The notes beneath the pieces were generated by a model. That model saw only the letters and a program-made list of their open reading frames with translations, did no database searches and was not told the origin of the DNA. Of a DNA stretch of 64,000 nucleotides, positions 12,801-24,663 are shown in pieces. The translations under genes and the position numbers were made by a program. This DNA is from Strigamia acuminata (taxonomy: Eukaryota), in NCBI GenBank assembly GCA_949358305.1, contig OX442314.1, positions 26,226,001-26,290,000 on the forward strand, written 5' to 3'. Each line of letters opens with the position of its first letter. The stretch's first letter is position 1.

Positions 12801-15800
12801 CTATTAATGATCATCTCTCGGTATAGTGGCACGTTTTCTGCCACAATTTCCACCTTTACTTTGCACAATACCGTTATTATTGTAATAATTAAGAATTTTA
12901 GATACTGTTGATCGATTACAGTTGGCAGCTTTTGCAATTTCGGATTGTGTCATGTGTGAATCGTGCAATTGTATTATTATTATTCTAGTCGAAGGTGATA
13001 AGTCTCTACAGCCACCCATGTTTGAATGAATGAATATTTCTTAATTGCAAGTGGTCTTGTATGTTTTTGTATCAAAACTGATTACTGATTAGTATACGGC
13101 ATCAACCAATAACTGCAAGATGTTCCATTTTTTTGGCACAGGTAATTTTTTGTTCCATTTTTTTGCCCATGAAAACATTTAAAAAAAATCAAAACCAAAG
13201 ATCCTTTAATGGTCCTTTTTTCACCAAATGATAGCTTGATGATTGTAGTTTTATTTACCAAAAGCATAGTTTATAATGTTGTATGTTTGTTTTGAATTCC
13301 CAATTAAAAAATTAAAAATAGAAATAAAATCAAGTGTGCCATTTATTTGGCAAGGAGTTGTACACGTAACAATGACTCATTATTTCCTATTAATCGATAA
13401 AATATAAACTTTCCTAGATGTCTATGCATGACAGTGTAATGCCATTCCAGTACACAATGGCTCTAAGACCAGGAATTGAAGCTCAGGTGCAGCTGCGTTT
13501 ACGCAGAGTAAGATTTTTTCCACAAATAGTACACAGGTATTCTGTGTATGGGATATGTGTTCCCGTATACGGCTAAAAGTTGATCTAGTTGAAGTGTTAT
13601 ACTCTAGTTGCAGTCAAAAAGGCACTTTACAATCTGTAGTCCCATTGGTCAAGACAGTTTACTGGTGTAGTGATCTGGAAAAGTAGACCCAAACACCAGA
13701 ATTGCATTACAATGTACAGACATTGTAATCGATTGCCTAGGCAACTGCCAAAAATTCAAAATTGTTTAATCTCCAGACACAGTAACCAATAAACATAACA
13801 AACATGAGTTTGACATTTTTATATGCGTAAAACTTCATTTCAATGATGGAAATAACATTTTTTTAATAAGAACAATCAAAATAACATTAACTAAACTAGT
13901 CATAACGAGCACAACAATAAATAAAAATTAAAATTACTTCTCGTTGTAGTAGTATACAGTCTGGAGTTAGTAGTAAACTGGCTCGACCAATGGGACTACA
14001 GATTGTAAAGTGCCTTTTTGACTGCAACTAGAGTATAGACGATATAATTAAATAAATGTAACATCAATTGTATCATTAGTTCATTATTCTGTCATTAGAC
14101 AGTTACCTTTAGCCAATAACCCGACTCACTTTTTAATTTGCAGTACAATTTTATTAGTACAAAGTCACCTGGCTGTGATCCAGTCAAGAAAAATGTGATC
14201 AAATGCTATGAAGCATGTTTGGCGGAAAGAGAAAAGGAACTTGCTTGCAGGTGAGACTAAAAAATTTAGTGAGTAATTAACTCATAAACGTTGCTGTCAG
14301 GTTGCCCTACATGTTCAGCACGAATAAACAAAAAGACTGCAATTCGATAAAAAACGCATCTATTGTTCGTGATGTATATGAAAAATCGTATGTGATTCGA
14401 GTATTTACACTGGCAACGCTAGATTGTAGATGTTTAAAACCATGCCAAAAATATGTTGTGTTTGGTGTACCCGAATCGGACACAGGTAAGAGAGAATACA
14501 ACACCAACAGATTTGTTGGTGTGTTCTTGTTGGGGTGTTCTAACCAAATATTAAATTGTGAAGTGGAGTGAAAGAAATGACGACCGTCCTTGGTGGTGGA
14601 ATTCAATCAAGCGATTTTATTCAAGTGCGCCAGATGGCACTCAAACACTTACTTGTTAGCATCACAAATAATGCCAATTTACAACGAAAGTGATATTTTA
14701 ATCATATACAGAGTATGTGAATATCGCACTGTAGATTTTGATCTCGTGCCAGACGTTATAGTCGTCATACTCGTTTACTATACTCAAAACCACCACAACG
14801 TTGATCTATTTCAGCCTGTTTACACCTAACTCTGTACTGTGTTCTACTACGTGGAAAAGTAGTTCTGTGTCAAAGCATCACCTTTGACAATGTTGGTAAT
14901 CGATCACAATGTCTGGAGTTCGAGTACAATTCTGGTGTTATGAGCTACTCACCAGTGAAATTGATCAACGTTGTGGTGGTTTTGAGCAGTGTTGTGCGCG
15001 GTCCCGGTCTCGGACCGGCGATCCAGGACCGCCGGACCGCGGTTCCGGACCGCGGACCGTGACCGCGTTCCTTTTAAAAGGCCGGTCCAGGACCGCGGAC
15101 CGGGACCGCGCTCTTTTTAAAAGGCCGGTCCAGGACCGCGGACCGGGACCGCGCTCCTTTTAAAATTCCGTGGACCGCGGACCGCTATTGCGGTATATCT
15201 CGCGATCCACGAGAAAACACGAGATCTCAGGTTTTCTCGTGGACCGCGAGATGTAACGCAAAAACGCGGTCCCGGTCCTGGACCGGGACCGCGTTCCCGG
15301 TCCGCGGTACACGGTGGACCGCGGACCGAGACCGCGGTCCCGGTCCAGGGACCGCAGACCGGGACCGCGGTTCTTTTTAGCTGCCGGAACAGGACCGCGG
15401 ACCGCGACCGCGGTACCAGGACCGCGGACCGCGCACAACACTGGTTTTGAGTATAGTAGAGTAAAAGTGACCTTTTGAAACTAAACTACAAATTTCGAAT
15501 GTAAATTTGTTATTCATTTGATCTAGTTAGTTTAACTTGGAGTTGTCTTGATTTAGCTTAAAAGTGGTGCCGATTTTGTCTGCCTAAAGCTAAGTACACA
15601 GCCTTTCCGGGGCCAAATATTCCGTCAACCCGATTTTTCAGGTTGTCACGCTGTAAGTGGAATGAACCGGCCAGTATGTCCGCCTGGCTCCTGTGTCTTT
15701 CCGCGCGCAGAAATTGTTTGGTACACCAATCCATGTACGTGAATTGTCAGGATCAAGCAAAATGGTGGCACTGAAAACACTTAAAAATCAACAGAATGCA

Positions 15801-18800
15801 CAGAAAACACTTAAAAATCAACAGAATGCACAGAAAACACTGAAAATCAACAGAATGCACAGAAAACACTAGGTGCATTCAATAAGTCTAAAACGTATGC
15901 AAAACTCGTTTCGTGTTTGCACGTGACGTCATTCCCATTCCCATTGAATAACATGTTATTCAATGGGAACGACGTCATGTGCAAACACGAAACGAGTTTT
16001 GCATACGTTTTAGACTTATTGAATGCACCTACTAAAAACTCCTAAAAATCAAACTGAAAACTGAGTACGCTTCATTTGTTCATGCACGGAAAGAATAGAA
16101 TTTTTCCATGAACCATCACTGCCGGAAAGATTAAAATTCTGCTTGCCACAACATTTCCTTCCATCTGCAACCAAACTGTGTACCATGTTAGCCTAAACTT
16201 TTTTTCATATATAAAAGTTGCCATTCTGTGCACAAAATTAGGCTGTGTGTACACAGCTTTAGTCAGTCACTCTGTGCATGTGCACCAAGTTTTCACTGCA
16301 AAACAAATTAAACTGACTTTAACAGGCCTTTTGGCCTTTTGAAATATTTCTTATATTTTAATCAGCTTTTAAACAACATCTGGTCTTTCAATTGACTGTC
16401 TAAAACAGAGGCGTAGCCAGGTTTTTGTGCGCACCTGGCAAATATCCTGTGCAAATTAGATAAACTAAACAACTTTTATAAAAATTAATATTTGTTTATT
16501 TAGATTTTAAATTCGTACCATTTGATGAAGATTTGCTTGTTTTAAGCTTTAAAGAACCTGAACCAGAATTTCTAGAAATGACTGAAGAATACATCTACGA
16601 CATTTCAAATTTTATTGTAGATTTTGGTGGAAATTTGGGATTCTCGTTAGGATATTCCCTTTTGTCTTTGATTAAAATAGCCCAAATAACCGGATTTATA
16701 TTGTACAAATATATCAATCCCATTCGTGGCCTTAATGTTAAAACAAGAAGAGAGATAACAAAGCAAGTGGATTTCCTGATGCGGCAACAATTGAAAACTG
16801 ATGAATCAGAATTAATAAAAAAGAATAAATTCCAGAGAAAGTTTGCTTTCTACAAAATATTTCATGCAATTCTTATGTGTGCATCTATTGCATTGGCATT
16901 TTACGTAGCCATATGCAAAATAACATTATTTCTCAGCGAACCAATAAGACTTGTTGTAGACGTCGTAGAAAATAACACAATTTATTGGCCCAATTTAATT
17001 GCCTGTGGCACTGGACCAGTAATGGCAAATTACATTAAAAAACACGCCAAAAGTTCAGGCAAAGAATTATGCAAGATCAATTTTCTGGATTTATTAAATA
17101 CGACTTTGACACCAGGAAAACCAAAACCTTCAGTAGAAGACCTGTGGGAATATCAAAGACCAATAAAGGATCGTGTAACAATAACCGTTTCTCGAAAGGT
17201 GTGTTCTAATCAGAGTTGTAGTACATTCTCCTACACTCTTTTTTTTAAACTTCTATTTCATAACACGAAACGACAGAAACGAGGCGTTTTTAAGTTTTTG
17301 AATGCAGCTATACTCTTGTTGAACTCAAGACGGCTCCAAAATTTCATTGGTGGAGCCTTCTTACTGGTGTAGTGATCCAAAAAATTAGACCCAAATACCA
17401 GAATTGCAATACAATGTACAGACATTGTAATCGATTACCTAGGTAACGGCCAAAATTTCAAAATTATATGCTTTCCAGACAATGCAACCAATAAACAGTA
17501 AAAATATGAGTTTGACATTTACGTATATGTGCACACAACTTTATTTTGTAAGTGGAAATAACATTTTTTTAATAAGAAAAATCAAAATAATATTAACTTA
17601 AATGGTTTTAACAATCGCAGAAATAAATAAAAGTCAGAACTACTTATCCTAATGGTAGTATACAGTCTGGAATTAGTAGTAATGAGGCTCGACCAATGAA
17701 ATTTGGGGGCCATCTTGAGTTCAACAAGAGTACAAGTATAGTGTCTTGTTTTATTTATAAGAATTAAATGACAATTAAAAATAGGCTAATCTTCCCATGG
17801 GCCTTTCAGCCATCTTCAATGGTTCGTACTGTAAAACTTGTGACAAACTCCCATTGGCTATTGACTGGTCCACAGCCATTGCAACATGGATACAAATGAA
17901 CAACAGAAAAATAGTTCGAAAATTCATCTCTCTGCTCCCAGATGACATCGATGAAAATAGGACTTAGTGGCTATTTTCAGACCCAAACTTAACTAGTTGG
18001 TCATTCTGAGAACAGTTTCTGAGTGTTTTTTTGAGCTTGTTACATGCCCAACCAAAGGGAGTTTGTTAGAAATTTTCTGAAATAGAGTACAGGCTGTTCA
18101 ATTTAGTTAAGAAAAATTTGCTTACCGGTAAATTTATTCAGTTGATAACCTCGATTTCACTTCAGGATATGACATTTCATTAATGGTATATTTTACTTAA
18201 CTTAGTTCATTTTGTTTGCAAAAGCTTAACCATCAGAAGGACATCAATGTACGTTTTTCGGAGTAACTCTTTTTAAATAAGAAAACTCAGTTATTTCCCA
18301 GGCTCGTTGTGAAAACATAACTGTGTAGTAGAATCTGTAAAACTATTAAAATGGTTGCCCAGTTGCCAATTGTGGCAATTTAAAAATATACACCAAAGCT
18401 TCGGTCCTTCTAGATTTAATTATTGTGAACCCAAATAGGTATAATGTTAGTGCCAATGTGTCATATCCACATGTCCCTCTGAGGTTGAAGCAAGATCAGA
18501 CATGTCACTTACATGTATTTCCTTAACTTACAGTATCCTAAGTAAAACTGAAAACACAGAATACATTTTGATAATTCTGATTTGCTTTTCAGGCTTATGG
18601 ATTAAGTGAAGATGGAAACTGGAAACCTATAAAAATGCCCACAGGAACATGCTATGAATCTCACATTCGTAAGTTAAGAATAGAAACACATAATTGCTAC
18701 TTTTCCTTTTTTCCGTCTTAGCTGATACAAAATATGCTGGATGGGCTTTATCCATTCTCTTTAATTTTCAAAAACCGCCGAACAACGATTGTGACAAAGA

Positions 18801-21800
18801 TGTATATCAGGTAATTCACGTACCGTATTTCTTCGACTAACAAGGGGAGCACATGTATAAGATACTCACAGATTGTTGCAATATTAAACGTGAAGGATTG
18901 TTATATCATGCAGAATGAGATCCTAAAATAATTTCATTCCATAAACAGCCAACAATGTAAACAATGAGCTCAAAGTTTGCACTATTTTGTCTGTGTATAC
19001 ATCCAATCTGAGCAATCAGGCCTAGTGTATGAATACTGTAAACAACAGTTGCTAGGTAAAAAATAGTTCCAAGATCCAAGTTAAATTTTATGATTTGATA
19101 TTGAATGATGTCATTTCATCATTTGAGATTCAATGATGTCATGACATCAGAACTTTGTTCACCAACATGACTGTCTTCATGAAGGCAATAATAGGTTGTA
19201 GTGGTGGTCCAGTGGTTAAGGCAATGGACTAGCTATCTTTTCACACCGGTTCAAATTCTGGTGTGTGTGAAATTTTTTACTTTTTTTTTAATTTATTTTT
19301 AGCAGTAATTTTAATGCTTGTAATTTTATATTTGTTAAAAATTAAAATTAATTAATTAAAGTTTTCTAAAAACAAACATAAAATTACAAGCATTAAAATT
19401 ACTGCTAAAAATAAATTAAAAAAAAAAGTAAAAATTTTCACACACACCAGGATTTGAACCGGTGTGGAAAGATAGCTAGTCCATTGCCTTAACCACTGGA
19501 CCCCACTACAACCTGTTATTGCCTTCATGAAGACAGTCATGTTGGTGAACAAAGTTCTGATGTCATGACATCATTGAATCTCAAGTGATGAAACGACATC
19601 ATTCAATATCAAATCATAAAATTCAACTTGGATCTTGGAACTATTTTTTACCTACCGTCTTCCCTCGAACATAACGTCATGACGTTATATTCAAGTTTTT
19701 TCGAAAATCGCTGTTTTCGAAAGTTTTAGCGATTTTTCGAATATAACGTCACTTCCAATATAACGTCATGACGTTGTATCGAATACAACGTCATGACGTT
19801 ATATTCGAATGCATTGACGAGTGCGATGCCGGGAAGCATTGCAGGTGCGCTTCTAACGGGCGCAATGCCGAAAAAACGAATTCGACACGAATTTTGACAA
19901 GAATTGGACACGAATTGGATACGAATTAAACACAAATTATCAGGGCATTACCAAGGCATGGCCACCTGGCGGCCGCCTCTTCGCCTCATAGGTCGGCACG
20001 GCCCTGCGAATTATACACGAATTAGACACGAATTGTAAAACGAATTGGACACGAATTGTAAAACAAATTGTACACGAATTTGACACGTATTGTAAAACAA
20101 ATTTGGCACGCATTGTCCAATTTACATGCTCAATTTCTGATTTTTCTGATTTTTCAAAAGTTGCATGAAAAAGTACGAATATAACGTCATGACGTAGTGT
20201 TCGAATAAAACGTCAGGTGTCGTTGTATTCGAACACAACGTCATGACGTTATGTTCGAGGGAAGACGGTAGCAACTGTTGTTTACAGTATTCATACACTA
20301 GGCCTGATTGCTCAGATTGGATGTATACACAGACAAAATAGCGCAAACTTTGAGCTCATTGTTTACATTGTTGGCTGTTTATGAAATGAAATTATTTTAG
20401 GATCTCATTCTGAATGATATAACAATCCTTCACGTTTAATATTGCAACAATCTGTGAGTATCTTATACATGTGCTCCCCTTGTAAGAGTCGCCCTCTAAA
20501 AATAGCCACGGCTATTATTCGAGGAACAAATGTATACAACAATTCCAGGCGATTTTTCAATGAATTGTATATTTTTTAACTTACGGTAGTGTGTTAGTAG
20601 AACCTGAATGAAGTCGCATTCGTTCTACGTTCGTACATTAAAGAAATGTAACAAACAGAATAAAAACAGGAGGCGCATTTAATTACTTTTTTTTAAATTT
20701 TTGTCTCAAAAGAATTTTTAGACGAAATGTTTTGTTTCTGAATGCAACCGTTTACTGCCAAACTTGATCTGGGATGCCAGATCAAATTCTAGGTCAGCAT
20801 CCCCACTGCAAGTTATGTATATGCGTATTTAATTTCGAGATTTTCCTTTCCTCGTTATTTAAAATTATTTTCAATTCTAATAATTATTCAAGTAATGATT
20901 AATCTTGTTGTTTGCACAAAAAAAAATTAATAACTGTGCAAAATTGCACTTAGATCTCTAATCGTCGCAATCGATCTATCAAAAATCCAAAATGGCGGCC
21001 AAAATGTGCGATTCGAACAAGAAAACTCGTTACCTGGAGATTTAAACAACCTATTAGATCGTTTATTTCCATACCATTTAAACTTATTTAAACGACTGTT
21101 TATGAGTTATTGAATGCACCTATACTGGTGCATTCAAAAATTCATCAAAAATGGTCTAAATGTGTTTACACTCGTTTTCACACGACATTTACACAAATTA
21201 ATTCGTGTAAATGTCGTGTAAACTGGTTAAACGGAAACGACCTGCACGCCACGTTTAAATCTCCGTTCAACGAGTTTTCTCGTTAAAATCATGTCTTGCT
21301 GCTATCAAGCATCTTGGATTTTCGTCAGATCGGTCAGAAAGAACCTAACCTAACCGCATCTAAGCATCTTAAAAACGACTTCACTAAAGTGAACTAATCT
21401 GGTTTGCTATTCGCTAAAACGTATCTATTGTTGCGTGAAAATTCCTCCATTGTCGCGAAAACGAGATCGCTAAAATGGGGATTTTCTTTGGAAATTCGCT
21501 AAAACGATCTCGATTGTAAGAACAATTTTGTAGCAATTATTGTTTTTTTTTTGAGCAAACAATAACAGTAATGATCATCACTACAGCTATTATTTGGGCT
21601 AATTTATTTACACTTGAATTTACACAGAAATTTATTTTTAAACTAAAAAATTGGGGCGTTTAACTTGACATGTTGCACTGGTCGTTTAGTGCAAATGACT
21701 TTTCGCATGCACCTAGTGTTGTGAATAAATGCCGCGGCTCTTATTCGAAGAAATATGATGTTTGTCATAAAAGACGCAGTAGAAAGTTTAGTTTTCTTTG

Positions 21801-22641
21801 CTGCAATATACACTAATACTTATAATCTTGTAGAATCTAGAAACTGAAATATCAATTGTGTACTGTTATTTTTTCCAGATCTACCTACGACCATACGGAG
21901 CAAAAATCTATTCAATTCTTGCTAGTGCAAGAAATATCAGAATTAAAACGTACTCGATTTACACATATAAAGTATTTCAAGTATGTGCCAAACGAATATA
22001 TTAATTTACATTCGTTAAATTACTTCAAATGTAATTCTATCTCAGAATATTCGATTAAACTCAAAATTACGCCCATGTATGGAGAAAGTGAAATACGAGA
22101 AATGCCACACGGACTGTTATAAGAAAAAGTTTCTGAAGTCTATAAAGTGCAAGTATGAGTTATTTAGAAGTTTTCAAACAGTTAGATAATAGTAAAATAG
22201 ACGTTTTTTGTGTCCCGCATAATTCACTTGAATTTATAATTTTTTAGACTACCATTCATGAATGAGACAAATGAGGAGCCATGCAACAATACCGAAGATG
22301 CAAAAGCATCATTGTTCACATTCAAAAACATTTCTCTGCAAACGGATGTCAAATCCGAATGCGGTTGCCATCCATCGTGCGAGGAGCAAGCCTACGAAAC
22401 AGTGGTTTTCTACCAACATCCTGAAGCATTGCCATTCCCCATTGTAAATATTGTTCCCCTGAATAATATAATCGAAAAATTTACTGAAATTTGGTCTTAC
22501 AGCATTGTTGCACTTTTCTGCGATATAGGCAATGCCTTTGCTCTAATGATTGGTCTTTCTATTCTTGCGATCCCACAACTAATGTTGGGATTTTACTCTA
22601 ACTTAACATACTATTACAAAATATTTAACAAACATGTTTAG
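6900..22641 (+). CDS. Multi-exon DEG/ENaC (pickpocket/ASIC-like) channel gene encoding at least two tandem subunit modules; 5' part not resolved
   Basis: Phase-consistent GT-AG exons: 6900-6976, 13418-13507, 14144-14250, 14301-14485, 16504-17198, 18593-18668, 18722-18810, 21879-21980, 22046-22152, 22248-22641. Motifs: MHD..PG.E, CYEAC..CRLPYM, CRCLKPC, TM2 DFGGNLGFSLGYSLLS, TM1 + WPNLIAC, GTCY, CHTDC..CKLPFM, CGCHPSC, TM2 DIGNAFALMIGLSIL, stop TAG. Confidence 0.85.
7876..12564 (+). mobile_element. Ty1/Copia LTR retrotransposon, full length but decayed
   Basis: 186-bp TG...CA LTRs (7876-8061, 12379-12564; about 4 mismatches), 5-bp TSD TAAAT, PBS tggtagcagagg (tRNA-iMet), PPT aaggggaga. Confidence 0.96.
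8156..12269 (+). pseudogene. Copia gag-PR-IN-RT-RNase H polyprotein, frameshifted
   Basis: NYFLWK, CFNCHKKEHFARDC, WLIESGATSH (catalytic D changed to E), WHQRLGH, HMDLMGP, RTDNGGEF, KARLVA, YVDD, ADVLTK spread over about 5 frames with an in-frame TGA. Confidence 0.93.
13602..14033. mobile_element. MITE (CTC-terminal family, copy 2)
   Basis: About 50-bp perfect TIR ctctagttgcagtcaaaaaggc..., TA TSD. Confidence 0.8.
14144..14485 (+). CDS. DEG/ENaC module 1 Cys-rich thumb exons (14144-14250, 14301-14485)
   Basis: Translates YNFISTKSPGCDPVKKNVIKCYEACLAEREKELAC/RLPYM...LDCRCLKPCQKY; 50-nt GT-AG intron in phase 2. Confidence 0.8.
14987..15443. mobile_element. hAT-type MITE with GGACCGCGG subterminal repeats
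   Basis: TIR cagtgttgtgcgcggtcc / ggaccgcgcacaacactg; 8-bp TSD GTTTTGAG on both sides. Confidence 0.9.
15773..15870. repeat. About 30-bp tandem repeat, 3 copies
   Basis: Unit aaaacacttaaaaatcaacagaatgcacag. Confidence 0.85.
15871..16030. mobile_element. Near-perfect 160-bp palindromic MITE
   Basis: aggtgcattcaataagtcta...tagacttattgaatgcacct; flanks fit either a TA or an ACT duplication. Confidence 0.7.
16504..17198 (+). CDS. DEG/ENaC junction exon: module 1 TM2, cytoplasmic linker, module 2 TM1 and early ectodomain
   Basis: Acceptor tttag at 16503; EEYIYDISNFIVDFGGNLGFSLGYSLLS, about 50-aa basic linker, hydrophobic IFHAILMCASIALAFYVAI, then FLSEPI...WPNLIAC; donor AAG|gtgtgt. Confidence 0.85.
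17313..17730. mobile_element. MITE (CTC-terminal family, copy 3)
   Basis: TIR ctcttgttgaactcaaga / tcttgagttcaacaagag, TA TSD; core highly similar to 13602-14033. Confidence 0.8.
18841..20482. mobile_element. About 1-kb foldback (hairpin) MITE with a second MITE in its right arm
   Basis: Left arm 18841-about 19345 is the reverse complement of about 19355-19654 plus 20271-20482; TAA on both flanks; sits inside an older pogo-like MITE (about 18823-21757). Confidence 0.8.
19655..20268. mobile_element. TA-TSD MITE
   Basis: TIR ccgtcttccctcgaacataacgtcatgacg / cgtcatgacgttatgttcgagggaagacgg; TA duplicated. Confidence 0.85.
22248..22641 (+). CDS. DEG/ENaC terminal exon (module 2 thumb and TM2)
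   Basis: LPFM..PC..ECGCHPSCEEQAY...YSIVALFCDIGNAFALMIGLSIL..stop. Confidence 0.85.
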
Positions 22642-22729
22642 CTTTGTGTAAATCAGAAATGAGTGTAACGTAAACATCAAAACGATTTGTATTATGTAAA
22701 TTATGATAGGTTAATGTCACTTTAGATTA

Positions 22730-23090
22730 TTATACTCTTATTTTATCTTACTGGAAAACTATACTCTTATTCTATCTTATCTTATACTGTTATTATATCT
22801 TATCTTACACTGTTATTGTATCTTATAATATACTCTTCATTACTTATCTTATAATATACTCTTCATATCTTATATTATACTCCTATTCTATCTTATCTTA
22901 TCTTATACTCTTATTCTATCTTATCTTATACTGTTATTGTATCTTATCTTATACTGTTATTGTATCTTATAATATACTCTTCATTACTTATCTTATAATA
23001 TACTCTTCATATCTTATCTTATCCTCTTATCTTATCTTATCCTCTTATCTTATCCTCTTATGTTATCTTATATTATACTCTTATATCTTT
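22730..23090. repeat. AT-rich (TCTTA)n-like degenerate microsatellite 3' of the channel gene
   Basis: Repeated tatctta/tactctta units. Confidence 0.85.
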
Positions 23091-23890
23091 CTCAGATAGC
23101 AATTCACTACTTAATAACATCGTACAATTTTAATCAATATTTTGCAATTTAAAAAAAATGTGTGGAGAATTAATGTGACTGAATGTAATGTTGTTGTTAT
23201 TGTTAGTTTATATTTTGACAATTATTGGTAGTACTATGTACTATGGAGTTGAAAACCAAATGGCTAAACAGAGTGATAATGTTGAGAAATCCTGATTTCT
23301 GGATGTGTTCAACTATTTGGCTTGTCTACTAACAAGTGTTTCCGGATGAACTTGGTTTGTAATGTGTACTTGACTTATTCTGTCACTCATATCTAGATGT
23401 TACACGATATATTTTATAAATCATGTTTAGTTTATTTATTGCTTGTTTGTGGCAGAGTTGCCAAAGATTTGTCCTGTACTTTATGTACTTTATTTATAGC
23501 ACATTTGTAATGCCAAATATCCTTGTTACCTTGTTTTGTAATCTTGGACCCAGGTGGTCACATGTAGATTTTACATCCTGCACAAATGAATTAAAATGGC
23601 TGCAAGAACAAAGCCTGCTATTTTCAGTATAAACTCACCACATATGGCCCGAAAATTCCACACTTACTCACGACACAAATTAATTCATAATACAGGTATG
23701 TAACTTTAGTTACACTATATTTATATCACGAAACTAACCATGCGCTTGATGCCAGTCACAAAAAAAATGGATGCTGTCTATTTTCCAAACATGTGACAAC
23801 TTTGTTTATTAAACACTTATACAACACAGCAACATTTAATATAAATGAAATATTCAAAATATAAATTTTCATATTTAAAAATTTATACTA

Positions 23891-24496
23891 AGGGGTTTCA
23901 TTAAATGAGTGATTACTTGATTACTTTGATTACTTTGATTAGTTGATTATTTGATGTATCATGTGATTGGATTCAACCAATCCTGAGAATAATCATTTCA
24001 TCAAATAAGCAACTAATCAAGTAATCAAGTAATCATCCCAAACCATGATTTTCTGCTGACTTGGGCGATTATGAGTGCTCTCTCAACTCAAAACAACATG
24101 GCGGCGCCACACCCGCTTCAGCTACACAAGGTCATAATTTAACAAAGTCTGCTCAGTTTAGGTTAAAATAAACACAAAAAACAAGTTAGGGAGTTGCAAT
24201 TGTTACTTGTAGCAACTTTTTTCAAACAATTGGTTAGTATCTAGGTTACAGTTTAAACAATTCCGCCCATCGGAACAATCTACATGTTACGGTTGCTCGC
24301 ATCACCTTTTCAGGTTGCCTATGCACATTTGCACAGAAAGTCATGTGACCAACACAGAAAGTCATGTGACCTTCACATAATCACACATACTAATAATCAC
24401 ATAATCAGATTTTTTGTTGGGCCTTCAATAATTGACTGATTATGATTATTTCAATAATCAAAGTAATCAACTAATCACTCATTTAATGAAACCCCT
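23891..24496. mobile_element. MITE
   Basis: TIR aggggtttcattaaatgagtgatta / taatcactcatttaatgaaacccct, TA flanks; gattact subterminal repeats. Confidence 0.75.
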
Positions 24497-24663
24497 TATA
24501 CCCTGTTCGCACTACATAATCTAGATAAAACTTGAGCTAGCTTAGCTCAATCTAGATTGAGTCTAACCTAGTTGTTGAGCCAAACTGTTCGCACTAGCAC
24601 TGTTTTTGAGGCTATTCCAGACATTACTTAGCAATAAATCCAGGAATAATTAATGTAAAAAAA

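Larger units (their letters stand above)
7311..13019 (-). pseudogene. Tc1 DDE transposase, split (N-terminus about 13019-12570, catalytic part about 7870-7311)
   Basis: HTH (TQSEIAKAANCNRSTVSKIL, GRKR), NESKF, VMIWGCMS, FQQDLAPAH, WPATYPDLNPIEN; premature stops and frameshifts. Confidence 0.9.
7005..13360 (-). mobile_element. Tc1-family (IR/DR type) DNA transposon, decayed, interrupted by a Copia
   Basis: About 245-bp TIRs (7005-7249, about 13117-13360) starting caactccttgcc, TA on both sides, internal direct repeat tgccaaa(a/t)aaatgg(c/a)aca; lies in the DEG/ENaC intron. Confidence 0.92.

Noticed and set aside
17199..17372. C-terminal extension of the 279-aa ORF
   Set aside because: Intron read-through past the donor at 17199 into a MITE.
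19195..19270. Functional tRNA gene
   Set aside because: Only A- and B-box-like motifs; no convincing cloverleaf, and it is embedded in a MITE arm.
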